The position numbers and the translations under genes were made by a program. A stretch of DNA of 64,000 nucleotides from Octopus vulgaris (taxonomy: Eukaryota), in assembly GCA_951406725.2 (NCBI GenBank), contig OX597819.1:42470001-42534000 (forward strand), in the 5' to 3' direction. Positions 12,780 to 25,700 of the stretch are shown piece by piece (position 1 is the stretch's first letter; every line of letters starts with the position of its first letter). Under the pieces are notes generated by a model, which worked only from the letters and a program-made list of their open reading frames with translations, was not told the DNA's origin and did not search any database.

Positions 12780-13216
12780 GGATCTTTTCGGTTTGAATGA
12801 CAGTTTTTAAAGTAATTTCCATGTAACTAAACACTTTTAAACTTCGTATACTGGTAGAATGTGTTTATAAAACATCTTTTTCTCTGGGCTTTATTGAGAA
12901 AATTCTATAGTTTGTAAGATATTTGTTGTTTTTTTTTCTTCAATTTCTGCAATTTCAACCAATCAATGACGTCTATTGAGGTAAAAAAACATTCTGTGCC
13001 ATATGAATATGTCCCTTGTTTAAGAAACAGATTGGGTTTATTTACATTTCTGAAGAAAAAAAGATACCCTCCCCCCACCCCTAACCCTAATCCTAAATGA
13101 CCAACCCTAACCCTAAAACAGATTGAAATGCAATAGATCGATACTAGGGTCATAATTATTGGTGACAATTTCATATGACACCGCTAGAAAAAACTGCCAT
13201 TCAAACCGAAAGATCC
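12780..13216. mobile_element. MITE with GGATCTTTTCGGTTTGAA TIRs and 8-bp TSD; duplicate at 24168-24604; partial copies near 31700-31920, 33360-33505, 48040-48195 and 63851-64000
   Basis: TIR pair with TSD CATGGTTG at 12772-12779 and 13217-13224. Confidence 0.85.
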
Positions 13217-13504
13217 CATGGTTGTACTAATGGCATCAAAAAGGGCTCATGCTTCCCACACCATTACCGTAAGCTTTATTCCAAACAACGATCGGTGGTG
13301 CTCTTTCAGTTAATTTTGTGGGGAAACTTGTGGCGCAGTAATTCCTCTCCTCATTTCCCACCTTGCAACACATCGCTATGTACCTAGTTTGGCCACATCG
13401 TTAACACACTAACATTGTATTTGGTTCCATGTATTCCCTAAGCATGTACAGAATGCAACATCTAAAGCATTTGTGCCTGACCCATATGCCTCGGGAGTAA
13501 GGTA

Positions 13505-13610
13505 CAACGGTTTGCCTCCTTTAACGACCAATCCAAAATCTTCTCCTCACTCTGGTTTGAAATTTGTCTTCCTCTTCATATTTTTGTTTCTTACAAGATG
13601 AGGATGCCTT
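13505..13610 (-). mobile_element. hAT (SPIN/Buster-like) transposase N-terminal relic; duplicate near 24890-24995
   Basis: Frameshifted KKQKYEEE..FKPE*GEDFGLVVKGGKPL resembles the start of GTF2IRD2/SPIN-type transposases. Confidence 0.4.
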
Positions 13611-14158
13611 CTTCCTTTGCAAATTTTTTCACTGATACCTTGTAAATGAAATTTCTGTCCAAAGTCTACCAAATAGATTCGTAAAGTTGAACGGTCTGTA
13701 TTTCACTGGCACTCGGTCAGTTGCGACGATACAGTTTCCAGTTGATACATTCAACCGAGCAGCCTGCTCGTGGAATTAACGAGCAAGTGGCTGAGCACTC
13801 CACATAGACATGTAACCTTCCCACCCCCTTTAATCTCATATGCATTTCGATATCGGAGATCACAATTTTGGTCAAAAGACACGTTTTCAAAATATCAATT
13901 TCCCCTGCTCCACCCCAATTTTTTTCATTCTTACTCTCTGGCTGAGCAACATGTCCTTCAGAATCTGATTTCTGGGCAATTGCCAAGATATCTATTTAAT
14001 AGTTTTTTTTCCATCATCGCTGCTGGCCGAATTAATTTCCACCCATCACACTCATTTCCTTACCAGTGGAATAATTTGTACTGACCGACCATGAGATGTG
14101 CTGAAGGATTTACTTTGTCTTCTTATCATGTGTGTGTGTATATATATTTATATATATG

Positions 14159-14470
14159 TGGAGGCGCAATGGCACAGTGGTTAGAGCAGCGGACTCGCGG
14201 TCGTAGGATTGCAGCTTCGATTCCCAGACCGGGCGTGGTGAGTGTTTATTGAGCAAAAACACCTAAAAAGCACCACGAGGCTCCGGCAGGCAATGGTGGC
14301 GATCCCTGCTGTACTCTTTCGCCGCAACTTTCTCTCACTCTTTCTTTTGTTGGCCTGCTCACTTAGCCAGCGGGGTGGCGTCATTTGAAGGCTAAAACAA
14401 TGCGAAGCGCGTTGTGACCAGTGATGTGTAGCAACATCTGATAGCCTGGTCGCTCACATGATCAAGTGAC
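14159..14470 (+). mobile_element. tRNA-derived SINE family S3; duplicate at 25546-25820; related head at 47277-47585
   Basis: TGGCACAGTGGTTAGAGCAG (A box) ... TTCGATTCCCAGACCGGGC (B box). Confidence 0.75.
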
Positions 14471-14481
14471 ATATATATGTA

Positions 14482-14830
14482 CTAGCTTAAAAGCTGCCCT
14501 ATTGGATGGCTTTTAAGCTAACCCCTGTGGAGTGCTCTTGATTGGGCCTTCAGGCATTGAGTACATATTAAATTTTATTAAACTAGACCAATATTTCTCA
14601 AACAATTTTGAGTTTTCATCAAAACAATGATTGCAAAGCTGCATGACAAAAACAACGTTTTTGGTCTTCCCATTCAGGGCCAGTGCAAATAGCTTCCCAA
14701 CCCTTGAACAACAAACATAGAACTGGCCGTGAGAAAAGCAGGGTCCCATCAGATGAAGCCCAGGTACTTTTGATGATTGTCCTTGGGACTTATTGATTAA
14801 TATTGCATAGAAACTGAAGTCTTTTGAACT
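14482..14830 (-). mobile_element. Helitron 3' end with PIF1-helicase C-terminal relic
   Basis: [27 protein letters not shown] (helicase motifs V/VI), then hairpin AGCTTAAAAGC..GCTTTTAAGCT and terminal CTAG. The helicase part is deleted in the duplicate (near 25862). Confidence 0.85.
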
Positions 14831-15671
14831 CAAAAGGAAAATCTGGAGGAATTAAGGGGATTCCTGGAATTAAAACTCTTTCTCCCTTTCTTGGACCAGT
14901 AAGGATCTCTGCTTCCAAGTGATTCTCATATTTTTTATACTTTTGGTGAAGTTTTCAGTTGGGAATCCAAGATATCAGGATTACAGGTCCAGACTCGCCC
15001 TGGAATATTCTTAATTCACTCATGGATTCACCCTGATTACAAAATGGTATCATATGTTGGGCTATGGCCTCTAGGAGTAAAGTCGAAAAAGTGTGACACA
15101 CTGATATTCGCATTTATAGTATTAGATATGCATACATACACACACATGAATATACATATGTGCATGTGTATATATATATACATACATACATATATATATA
15201 TGCTGGTGGCACGTAAAAAGGACCATCCGATTGTAGCCATTGCCAGCCCCGTCTGGCCCCCGTGCCGGTGGCATGTAAAAAGCACCATCCGATCGTGGCC
15301 GTTTGCCACCTGTGCAGGTGGTATGTAAAAAGCACCCACTACACTCACGGAGTGGTTGGCGTTAGAAAGGGCCTCCAGCTGTACAAATACTGCCAGATCA
15401 GACTGGAACTGGTGCAGCCTTCTGGCTTCCCCACCCCAGGTGAACCGTCCAACCCATGCTAGCATGGAAAACAGACGTTAAACAATGATGATGATGATAT
15501 ATATATAAATAAGAAAATGGAGGAACAAATTCATTTCGATCATGAACTTACGGATATTACAATTTCACATTATTTATTAATTATACAAATGAGAACATTA
15601 AAATCGAAAAAAAACAATATACATCAATAGGCAAAAAAATAATAAAAATAAAAATATTACAAATAAACTGC

Positions 15672-15802
15672 TCCTTACAGCTGTTTCAGCCTATGGTCAA
15701 AAGTCAATCCAACTTAAATTGCCTATGGATGCCATTGTAACATAGTCCTAGGCATTAAAGATTATATTTGTATGTTTAAATAACCAAAGGCTCGTCAGAG
15801 GA
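15672..15802 (-). ncRNA. Type I hammerhead ribozyme motif HHR-3a (long stem II loop)
   Basis: UCCU-CUGACGA-GCCUUUGGU...ACCAUAGGCU-GAAA-CAGCUG-UA-AGGA; palindromic stem III. Confidence 0.75.
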
Positions 15803-16059
15803 TATACATAACTAGAAAAGTATAATAATAATAATATTGCTATATAAAAAACATGCTTCACATACTACCCAATAAAAACAAGAAAAAAATTATATATAGG
15901 AGTGGCTGTGTGGCAAGTAGCTTGCTTACCAACCATATGGTTCCGGGTTCAGTCCCACTGCGTGGCATCTTGTGCAAGTGTCTTCTACTATAGCCTCGGG
16001 CCGACCAAAGCCTTGTGAGTGGATTTGGTAGACAGAAACTGAAAGAAGCCCGTCGTATA

Positions 16060-16132
<73 letters not shown>

Positions 16133-16880
16133 CTGTGTTTGTCCCCCTAGCATTGCTTGACAAATGATGCTGGTGTGTTTATGTCCCCGTTACATTAGCG
16201 GTTCGGCAAAAAGAGACCGATAGAATAAGTACTGGGCTTACAAAAGATTAAGTCCCAGGGTCGAGTTGCTCGATTAAAGGCGGTGCTCCAGCATGGCCGC
16301 AGTCAAATGACTGAAACAAGTAAAAGAGTAAAGGAGTATATATATATATATATATATGTATGTATATATAAAGCGCACAGCGTAAACTGTAAACTGGTTA
16401 GCATTAGGAGAATACATCCAAAGAAACCCAAACAAATCGGACCAGAACCTAGTGCAGAACTATGGCTTGCCACCTCATGTCACAGCTTATGCCAGCGTAT
16501 AGATAAAATTATCGCTAAAGAATGATGATAATGATAACGTCTACAGTGATGAAAGTACATAGACAAAACCAATTTCAGTTTAATTCAGTTTTTATTCATT
16601 ATTCCCTTTTCTTTATTCTCTCATAACAAATTCCTCATAAATCCAGCATGACCATCTTCAGAAATCAAAGTCTTTGCTGAATTTGATGTTGACATTGATG
16701 AAACTGAAGTTGATACCATGAAATTTGAAGAGATAAAAAAAATCCTTGTCTCTTTGCAGAAAAACTAGAAGTAATTTTAGGCATGTTGTAATAAATTTTA
16801 ATACTTATAGTCACACTTGCGTGTGTATACTCATATGTCTACTTAAGTGGGATTTCCGTGAGAATGATTTACCACAGATA

Positions 16881-19379
16881 TCACAGATAAGGTTTCTCCC
16901 CTGTATGAACAGGCTGATGTCTAGTTAAGACACCTCCTTCAGAGAATGATTTGCCACAAGGATATGGTTTCACTCCTGTATGAATGCGCTTGTGTCTAGT
17001 CAGGTTACTTTTAGTAGTGAAAGATTTACCACAGATATTACAATGATATGGCGTCTCTCCTGTATGTGTACGCTTGTGAAGAGTTAAATGGCAATTTTCA
17101 GAAAACGATTTACCACAAATATCACAGTGATATGGCTTCTCTCCTGTATGAATACGTCTGTGACTAGTTAAACTACTATTTCGGGAAAATGATTTACCAC
17201 AGATATCACACTGATATGGTTTTTCACCACTATGAATAAATTTGTGATTAGTCAAATGACTATTTCTAAGGAATGATTTACCACAGATATCACACTGATA
17301 TGGTTTTTCACCACTATGAATACGTCTGTGATTATTTAAAGTACTGCACTGAGAAAATGATCTGCCACAAATATCACACCGATAAGGTTTTTCCTCGGTG
17401 TGAATATGTTTGTGTCTAATCAACTGGCTATTTGTAGAGAATGATTTACCACAGATATTACAATGATACGGCTTCTCTCCTGTATGAACGCGCTTATGAT
17501 TAGTCAAATGACTGTTTTCAGTGAATGATTTACCACAGATATTACACTGATATGGTTTTTCACCACTATGAATACGTCTGTGTTTATTTAAAGCACTGAT
17601 TTGAGAAAATGAATTCCCACAGATATCACAGCGATATGGTTTTTCCTCAGTATGAATATGCTTGTGACTAATCAAAGAGCTATTTGTAGAGAATGATTTA
17701 CCACAGATATCACACTGATATGGTTTTTCACCAGTATGAATAAATTTGTGACAAGTCAAATGACTATTTCTAGAGAATGATTTACCACAGATATCACACT
17801 GATATGGTTTTTCCCCAGTATGAATACGTCTGTGATTAGTCAAAGGACTTATACTAGAGAATGAAATACCACAGATATTACAACGATATGGCTTCTCTCC
17901 TGTATGAATACGTCTATGATTATTTAAAGTATTGTTGTGAGAAAATAATTTGCCACAAATTTCACATGCATATGGTTTTTCCCCAGTATGTATACGTTTG
18001 TGATTAATCAAAACGCTATTTGAAGAGAATGATTTACCACAGATATTACAATGATATGGTTTTTTCCCATTAATACATTTGTGACTAGTCAACTGACTAT
18101 TTCTAGAGAATGATTTACCACAGATATTACAACAATATGGCTTCTCTCTTGTATGAATATGTTTGTGACAAGTTAAAGTACTATTTTGAGAAAATGTTTT
18201 ACCACAGATATCACAATGATACGGCCTCTCTCCTGTATGAATACGTTTGTGGCAAGTTAAAGCACTATTTTTAGAAAATGATTTACCACAGGTATTACAA
18301 TGATACGGCTTCTCTCCTGTATGAATACGTTTGTGTCTCATGAAGTCACTACTTGTAGAAAATGATCTACCACAGATATAACAATGAAATGGCTTCTCTC
18401 CTGTATGAATACGTATGTGTATAATCAAGTCACTACTTCCAGAAAATGATTTACCACAGATATTACAATAAAATGGTTTCTCACCGGTATGAGTACGTTT
18501 ATGCTTAGCCAAGTCACCACTTTGAGAAGATGATTTACCACAGATATCACACTGAAATGGTTTCTCTCCTGTATGGATTCGTCTGTGACGAGTTAACATT
18601 CCACTTCCAGGAAATGATTTACCACAGATATCACACTCGTATGGTTTTTCCCCAGTATGACTACGTACGTGATAAGTTAAGTGAGAATTTTGGGAAAACG
18701 ATTTACCACAGATATTACAATGAAATGGCTTCTCTCCTGTATGTGTGCGTGTGTGTGTAGTCAACTGACCACATTGAGAAAATGATTTACCACAGATATT
18801 ACAATGATATGGCTTCTTTCCTGTATGACATGGCTTTTCCACTGTATGAATACGTTTGTGACAAGTCAAAGATCCACTTTGAGAGAATGATTTACCACAG
18901 ACATCACAGTGATGTGGTTTCTCTCCTGTATCAATGCACTTGTGTTTGGTTAAGACTCTTTCTTCAGTGAATGATTTACCACAGACATCACAGTGATGTG
19001 GTTTCTCTCCTGTATCAATGCACTTGTGTTTGGTTAAGACTCTTTCTTCAGTGAATGATTTACCACAGACATCACAGTGATGTGATTTCTCTCCTGTATC
19101 AATGCACTTGTGTTTCGTTAAGACTCTTTCTTCAGTGAATGATTTACCACAGACATCACAGTGATGTGGTTTCTCTCCTGTATCAATGCACTTGTGTTTG
19201 GTTAAGACTCTTTCTTCAGTGAATGATTTACCACAGACATCACAGTGATGTGGTTTCTCTCCTGTATCAATGCACTTGTGTTTCGTTAAGACTCTTTCTT
19301 CAGTGAATGATTTACCACAGATATCACAGTGATATGGCTCTCTTACTTCAGGGTTTTTTCGTTTAATAAAATGATTCAT
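16881..19379 (-). CDS. ZNF-A: tandem C2H2 zinc-finger protein (~29 repeats, ~22 canonical), single coding exon
   Basis: CxxC-x12-HxxxH with TGEKPY linkers; first ATG at 19379; acceptor TTTCAG at 19824; five degenerate N-terminal repeats; last finger frameshifted. Confidence 0.9.
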   Translation of the reverse strand: MNHFIKRKNPEVREPYHCDICGKSFTEERVLTKHKCIDTGEKPHHCDVCGKSFTEERVLTKHKCIDTGEKPHHCDVCGKSFTEERVLTKHKCIDTGEKSHHCDVCGKSFTEERVLTKHKCIDTGEKPHHCDVCGKSFTEERVLTKHKCIDTGEKPHHCDVCGKSFSQSGSLTCHKRIHTVEKPCHTGKKPYHCNICGKSFSQCGQLTTHTRTHTGEKPFHCNICGKSFSQNSHLTYHVRSHTGEKPYECDICGKSFPGSGMLTRHRRIHTGEKPFQCDICGKSSSQSGDLAKHKRTHTGEKPFYCNICGKSFSGSSDLIIHIRIHTGEKPFHCYICGRSFSTSSDFMRHKRIHTGEKPYHCNTCGKSFSKNSALTCHKRIHTGERPYHCDICGKTFSQNSTLTCHKHIHTREKPYCCNICGKSFSRNSQLTSHKCINGKKPYHCNICGKSFSSNSVLINHKRIHTGEKPYACEICGKLFSHNNTLNNHRRIHTGEKPYRCNICGISFSSISPLTNHRRIHTGEKPYQCDICGKSFSRNSHLTCHKFIHTGEKPYQCDICGKSFSTNSSLISHKHIHTEEKPYRCDICGNSFSQISALNKHRRIHSGEKPYQCNICGKSFTENSHLTNHKRVHTGEKPYHCNICGKSFSTNSQLIRHKHIHTEEKPYRCDICGRSFSQCSTLNNHRRIHSGEKPYQCDICGKSFLRNSHLTNHKFIHSGEKPYQCDICGKSFSRNSSLTSHRRIHTGEKPYHCDICGKSFSENCHLTLHKRTHTGETPYHCNICGKSFTTKSNLTRHKRIHTGVKPYPCGKSFSEGGVLTRHQPVHTGEKPYL

Positions 19380-19949
19380 TACGAGAGAATAATTTTTCAA
19401 ACATATCACAATGATAGTGTTTTTTTCATTTCCATGAATATGGTTGTGTTCAGTTGTATCACTATTTTCAGAGATTAATTTAATGCTAGATTTCTTTCAT
19501 CTGTGATCTTACTGAATATCTAAAACACAAGATGTAAACTGCTAACTCATTTGAAAAGTTATCAACACTTAATTAATCTGTAAATTGATTATCTCCTCTA
19601 CATTTCAGACAGTGAAGGCAAAAAAATATTGTTGTTAATTGCATTGTCCAGAAGAAATATTTTCCCATAGTTTGATGAAGATTTTATTCATATAAAAAGG
19701 TTGATGTATTGATGAACGTGCCTTATAAAAATATGGTCTTCCTTTAATCCATGAAAGTCAATAAAAATACCAGAGGTACATCTGAATGAAGAAATTTCTT
19801 TCGTGTCAACATGAAGTGATATTCTGAAATAGAAAAAGAAGCAGTAAGGTAAAGAAGAAGAAGCAGTAGAGCGCTGGGTTTCATTGAATCGACCTACACT
19901 CTTCCGCCAAATTTCAGACATTGTGTCTCATGTACTAAAGATTCTTTTC

Positions 19950-20494
19950 GGTTAATATCTAGATCTGCACCCGGTGGGAAAAATGAGATCCGCACCCGGT
20001 GGGAAAAATGGAAACGAAAATGTGTAACAGTTGTAAGGCATCGTATATTGAAGGAATATGACGAAAAAAAAGCGCGCTGACAAACGGGGGGGGGGAGGGG
20101 GCTCGGAAAATTGCCTACGATTTAAAGAAAAATTTACCATCAATTTTCACCATTGTGTTTCTGATTCGCGACCCCATGTCGAATTTATCGATTTTTTTCA
20201 GAACTGGGGGAACTTTTCAAAATTTTCGCTGCGTTAGTTTTGAATTATGACATTGGGCTATGTGTGTGAAATGCGTTTAAACACCTGTTACACATATTTT
20301 TTTCCATTTTTGCCTCTACGGTTGATCCTGGGAATTTCCCGCGCCCCCCCCCCCCCCCGTTTGTCAGCGCGCTTTTTTCCCGTCTTATTCCGTCAATATA
20401 CGATGCCTTACAACTGTTACACATTTTCGTTTCCATTTTTCCCACCGGGTGCGGATCTCATTTTTCCCACCGGGTGCGGATCTAGATATTAACC
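19950..20494. mobile_element. Foldback MITE with ~150-bp TIRs (GGTTAATATCTAGATC...) and 8-bp TSD
   Basis: TSD TTCTTTTC at 19942-19949 and 20495-20502. Confidence 0.85.
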
Positions 20495-21469
20495 TTCTTT
20501 TCTACTTCAGGCACAAGGTCCGAAAATTTTGCGGCGGGAGCCAGGCGATTAGATCGATCCCAGTCTACAACTGGTACTTAATTTATCGACACCGAAAGAA
20601 TAAAAGGCAAAGCGACCCCGGCGGAATTTGAAGTCAGAACGTAAAGACACACGAAATACAGTGCTAACGTTTCTTATTTCTTTATTGCCCACAAGGGGCT
20701 AAACATAGAGGGGACAAACAAGCGGATTAAATCGACTCCAGTGCGTAACTGGTACTTAATTTATCGACCCCGAAAGGATGAAAGGCAAAGTCGACCTCGG
20801 CGGAATTTGAACCCAGAACGTAACTGCAGACGAAATACGGCTACGCATTTCGCCCAGCGTGCTAACGTTTCTGCCAGCTTGTCGCCTTTAAAGTACTAAA
20901 GATTGATATCATCATCATCACTATTACTATTTTATGCACCCGAAACGAATGAAAGTCGAAGTCGACCTCAGCGGAAAGTCCTCACTTCAAATACGGCCGA
21001 GGTCGATTTTGCCTTTCATCCCTTTCGGGAAATACTGAGTTCTATGTATTCGACTGGCAAAATTTGAAACGATTATTAGTATAACCTTAAAAGAAATCCT
21101 CGCCAACTTACCGATTAATCAACAGGACAACGTTTATTAATGTGACAGCCTTCATCACATTAACCATAGTAAAATGATAGTCCTCTCATTTTACAAATTA
21201 ATTATGCTACATTACTCTGATCTTACTAATTAATTATACCACAATACTCTCATTTTACAAATTAATTTACTTTATATCACATGTAACAGTTGATAATAGG
21301 TTTTCATAAACAACAAATTAACATTTCCCTTCGAAAGTTATTTAAGACGAGCAAACATATTTCCCTATTGTTATGCCTTCCAAATAATTACTGTAACATC
21401 GAGAGGTTCACATAATTCTATAATTTACATTATTATTATCATTACAGCCTTAAAGAAAATCTTGGTCAA

Positions 21470-21615
21470 CTTACCGTATTCAGATATAAACAACAAGTCA
21501 GTGATCAGTAATTAAGCACCTTAATTAATAATTTACCAGGACCGCGTGGTTTGGAGTATTGTAGAAGTTATTTCCCTTTATATTGTATTTCCTCAATTCT
21601 CCCATAGATGGCGCT
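21470..21615 (-). promoter_or_regulatory. Type-A promoter and non-coding exon 1 of ZNF-A
   Basis: GCGCCATCT..TATAAAGGGAAATAACT..CTGAATACG|GTAAGTTG; homologous cassettes at 32021, 47851 and 63520. A second donor lies near 21110. Confidence 0.6.
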
Positions 21616-22304
21616 TCCGACTGGAGGGGGTTTGTTGGCCCTGGCCTCTGCATTTTTTGTAGGCATTCTCTTTTCTGGATGACCTCTTGTCGTTTAACCG
21701 CAGTTACTCACAAGTTCTTTGCTGGTACGGCCATCACCTAATGGTCACCGACTGTATAGAGATCCAGCATGAGACTCCCAGTAATATCCTTTACCTGTCT
21801 TATCACTTTCACTCTCCTTTTGATATTCACAACTTGAAGCTCTGCCATATTGAATGAATAAATGTAAGTTGTCAGAAACTCCAAACGGATGATTTGATTT
21901 GAGTGTTGAAGGCTTGTGTAGAACCAGCCACACTTTTTAGAAGTGATGATAGCAAGAATATGGTCACAATACTAAAAACAACACAACTCAGGTTTTTTCT
22001 TTAAAAGTTTTCATCTCCTAGACAAGCTGCTATAAGCTGGAGAGCCTAGTCTACTTTATGAGTCAGAATTGTACTGATAGTACAGCCCTGTTAAGGAGAC
22101 CCTCACAACCAAAGACCTGGTTTATATAAGTTTCCCTCTCCTAAATAATATACCTTCACCAAGGTTAAGGAGTCCCATCTGCCCCCTAATATATGGAATT
22201 AAATACCTTCACTTTATTTTATAAAAATAGAAGGTAAAATGGTATGTGCATCTACACATATTAATGGATGGCCGTTGACTACTCATGAGTAATTTATATA
22301 TATA

Positions 22305-22770
22305 TTTGTTGTGCAAGATTTTTTATGTGAAGTCGTGTGTTGAAACAGATATTGTTATATTTCGGAATGGTCATTTCGCCAGTTCAGCCAATAAACACAT
22401 GAACAAAATGAGAATAAACAAAAACAACAACAACAAAAACAAATTAAATGAACGTATATAAACAGAAGATACAAATATTACAGGCATCACCCCACACACA
22501 CAACATAACTAAACATAGATTCACATAGAGATATAAGCATGCACAAATGAAGACATACAATAGACATACAAAATGGCTGACCATTAGTAAGGAGAGACAC
22601 AGGAATAAGAAAGAAGAAAACAAAGGACCACTGATGTGGTCACAGGAGTGTGACGAAAGATTAATGTAAAAAATAAATAACACTGAAGCAAAATAACACC
22701 AAATATATAGTGCTTGTGTTTTTATTGGCTAAACTGGCAAAATGACCATTCCGAAATATAACAATATATA
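22305..22770. mobile_element. Insertion into (TA)n with ~45-bp inverted ends, present only in duplication copy 2
   Basis: TATTGTTATATTTCGGAATGGTCATT..GCCAATAAA and its reverse complement at 22720-22767; absent at 11270-11295. Confidence 0.6.
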
Positions 22771-25700
22771 TATATATATATAGGTGAGGGTCTAACTTGA
22801 CCCTGCCTGAGATTTGAAACCAAATCCACTGGCTTGTTGCTTGTCAAATCCACAACACTAGTTGATTGATGAGGAAACACTCCACACCCTAGGACCTGTA
22901 CTGGTCAAGGAAAGGTCAGACCTTTGTTTAAGGTTTGACCTACATTACTAAACATAGCCTATATAACAGAGAATTTTCTATCTGTTTCTCTTATGCCTCA
23001 GGTAAACAAATAGATATATGTAAATAACACTTCTTGGTGTTAATTCTTCCATGTTCACTGGTTACTTTGATGTCAGAACCTTGAAGTGTTATATATGTAC
23101 ACTACATTTAGTTGTGGGCTATTTCATATTGATTGATATGGCACATCACATCCAGTCCACTACATATATATACACATATATATGTATACATACATATATA
23201 TGTATGTATACATAAAGGCGGCGAACTGGCAGAAACGTTAGCACGCCAGGTGAAATGCTTAGCCGTATTTCGTCTGCAGTTACGTTCTGGGTTCAAATTC
23301 CACCGAGGTCGACTTAGCCGTTCATCCGTTTGTCTGTCCTTGTTTGTCCCCTCTGTGTTTAGCCCTTTGCGGGTAGTAAAGAAATATATGTATATATACA
23401 CACTCTCTTCTACATGTTTCAGTCATTTGACTGCAAACATGCTGGAGCACTGCCTTTAGTCGAGCAAATCGACCCCAGGACTCATTCTTTGTAAGCCTAG
23501 TAGTTATTCTATCGGTCTCTTTTGCCAAACCTCTAAGTTACACGGACATAAACACACCACCATCGATTGTCAAGCAATGTTGGTGGTCAAACATAAACAC
23601 GCACATACATATATATATATACATATATACAACAGGCTTCTTTCAGATTCTGTCTACCTAATCCACTCACAAGACTTTGGTCGGCCCGAGGCTATAGTAG
23701 AATACACTTGCCCAAGGTGCCATGCAGTAGGAACAAACCCAGAACCATGTGGTTGGAAAGCAAGCAACTTACCACACAGCCACTCCTGTGCCTACATATA
23801 TATATATATATATATATATGTTCATATACATATAAGTATATATATATGAGAGGTACTGGTATCTAGAAGACCCAATGAGTGGCAGGTAACGCTAAGGAAG
23901 TGCGATGGACAGACCCTAGTTAAACTCTTGGTTCGATAGTGATATGAGTGAGGAGTTTAATGTGGGTCTTGTATTAGCCTGAGCATACATGTGTATGTAT
24001 ATATGTGTGTGTTTAAATGTATGCATATGTACATGTTTGTGCACGTATGTCATTATACCTTCTTTCCTCCTCTCTGATTCTTACCCATCACATACGTCTA
24101 ATTTACAAAAATTTGACATCCTTGTATTCTTCCTTCCCTTTAAATTTTACTACTACCTGCATGGTTGGGATCTTTTCGGTTTCAACGACAGTTTTTAAAA
24201 TAATTTCCACATAACTAAACACTTTTAAACTTCGTATACTGGTAGAATGTGTTTATAAAACATCTTTTTCTCTGGGCTTTATTGAGAAAATTCTATAGTT
24301 TGTAAGATATTTGTTTTTTTTTTTCTTCAATTTCTGCAATTTCAACCAATCAATGACGTCTATTGAGGTAAAAAAACATTCTGTGCCATATGAATATGTC
24401 CCTCGTTTAAGAAACAGATTGGGTTTATTTACATTTCTGAAGAAAAAAAGATACCCTCCCCCCCACCCCTAACCCTAATCCTAAATGACCAACCCTAACC
24501 CTAAAACAGATTGAAATGCAATAGATCGATACTAGGGTCATAATTATTGGTGACAATTTCATATGACACCGCTAGAAAAAACTGCCATTCAAACCGAAAG
24601 ATCCCATGGTTGTACTAACGGTATCAAAAAGGGCTCATGCTTCCCACACCATTACCGTAAGCTTTATTCCAAACAACGATCGGTGGTGCTCTTTCAGTTA
24701 ATTTTGTGGGGAAACTTGTGGCGCAGTAATTCCTCTCCTCATTTCCCACCTTGCAACACATCACTATGTACCTAGTTTGGCCACATCGTTAACACACTAA
24801 CATTGTATTTGGTTCCATGTATTCCCTAAGCATGTACAGAATGCAACATCTAAAGCATTTGTGCCTGACCCATATGCCTCGGGAGTAAGGTACAACGGTT
24901 TGCCTCCTTTAACGACCAATCCAAAATCTTCTCCTCACTCGGGTTTAAAATTTGTCTTCCTCTTCATATTTTTGTTTCTTACAAGATGAGGATGTCCTCT
25001 TCCTTTGCAAATTTTTTCACTGATACCTTGTAAATGAAATTTCTGTCCAAAGTCTACCAAATAGATTCGTAAAGTTGAACGGTCTGTATTTCACTGGCAC
25101 TCGGTCAGTTGCGACGATACAGTTTCCAGTTGATACATTCAACCGAGCAGCCTGCTCATGGAATTAACGAGCAAGTGGCTGAGCACTCCACATAGACATG
25201 TAACCTTCCCACCCCCTTTAATCTCATATGCATTTCGATATCGGAGATCACAATTTTGGTCAAAAAACACGTTTTCAAAATATCAATTTCCCCTGCTCCA
25301 CCCCAATTTTTTTCATTCTTACTCTCTGGCTGAGCAACATGTCCTTCAGAATCTGATTTCTGGGCAATTGCCAAGATATCTATTTAATAGTTTTTTTTCC
25401 ATCATCGCTGCTGGCCGAATTAATTTCCACCCATCACACTCATTTCCTTACCAGTGGAATAATTTGTACTGACCGACCATGAGATGTGCTGAAGGATTTA
25501 CTTTGTCTTCTTATCATGTGTGTGTGTATATATATTTATATATATGTGGAGGCACAGTGGTTAGAGCAGCGGACTCGCGGTCGTAGGATTGCAGCTTCGA
25601 TTCCCAGACCGGGCGTGGTGAGTGTTTATTGAGCAAAAACACCTAAAAAGCACCATTAGGCTCCGGCAGGCAATGGTGGCGATCCCTGCTGTACTCTTTC

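Larger units (their letters stand above)
11201..17180 (+). repeat. Tandem segmental duplication, copy 1 (copy 2 at about 22226-28550), covering the 3' ends and downstream regions of ZNF-A and ZNF-B
   Basis: Long near-identical colinear blocks starting AATAGAAGGTAAAAT.GTATGTGCATCTACAC in both copies. Confidence 0.9.

Noticed and set aside
13078-13117. CCCTAA telomere-like repeats
   Set aside because: Only two or three units inside MITEs; not a telomere.
14159-14235. tRNA-like sequences (also at 38729 and 47277)
   Set aside because: They are SINE heads with no closed acceptor stem and are followed by SINE bodies or tails.
18530-18970. Antisense ORFs over ZNF genes (MIYHRY... repeats)
   Set aside because: Shadow frames of the finger repeats.
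18909-19328. Regular 84-nt repeats resembling a CRISPR array
   Set aside because: Coding zinc-finger repeats with no unique spacers, in a eukaryotic context.
22625-22670. CTGATGTG-GTCAC/GTGAC-GAAA
   Set aside because: The core deviates (CUGAUGU plus an extra G) and there is no stem I or III closure.
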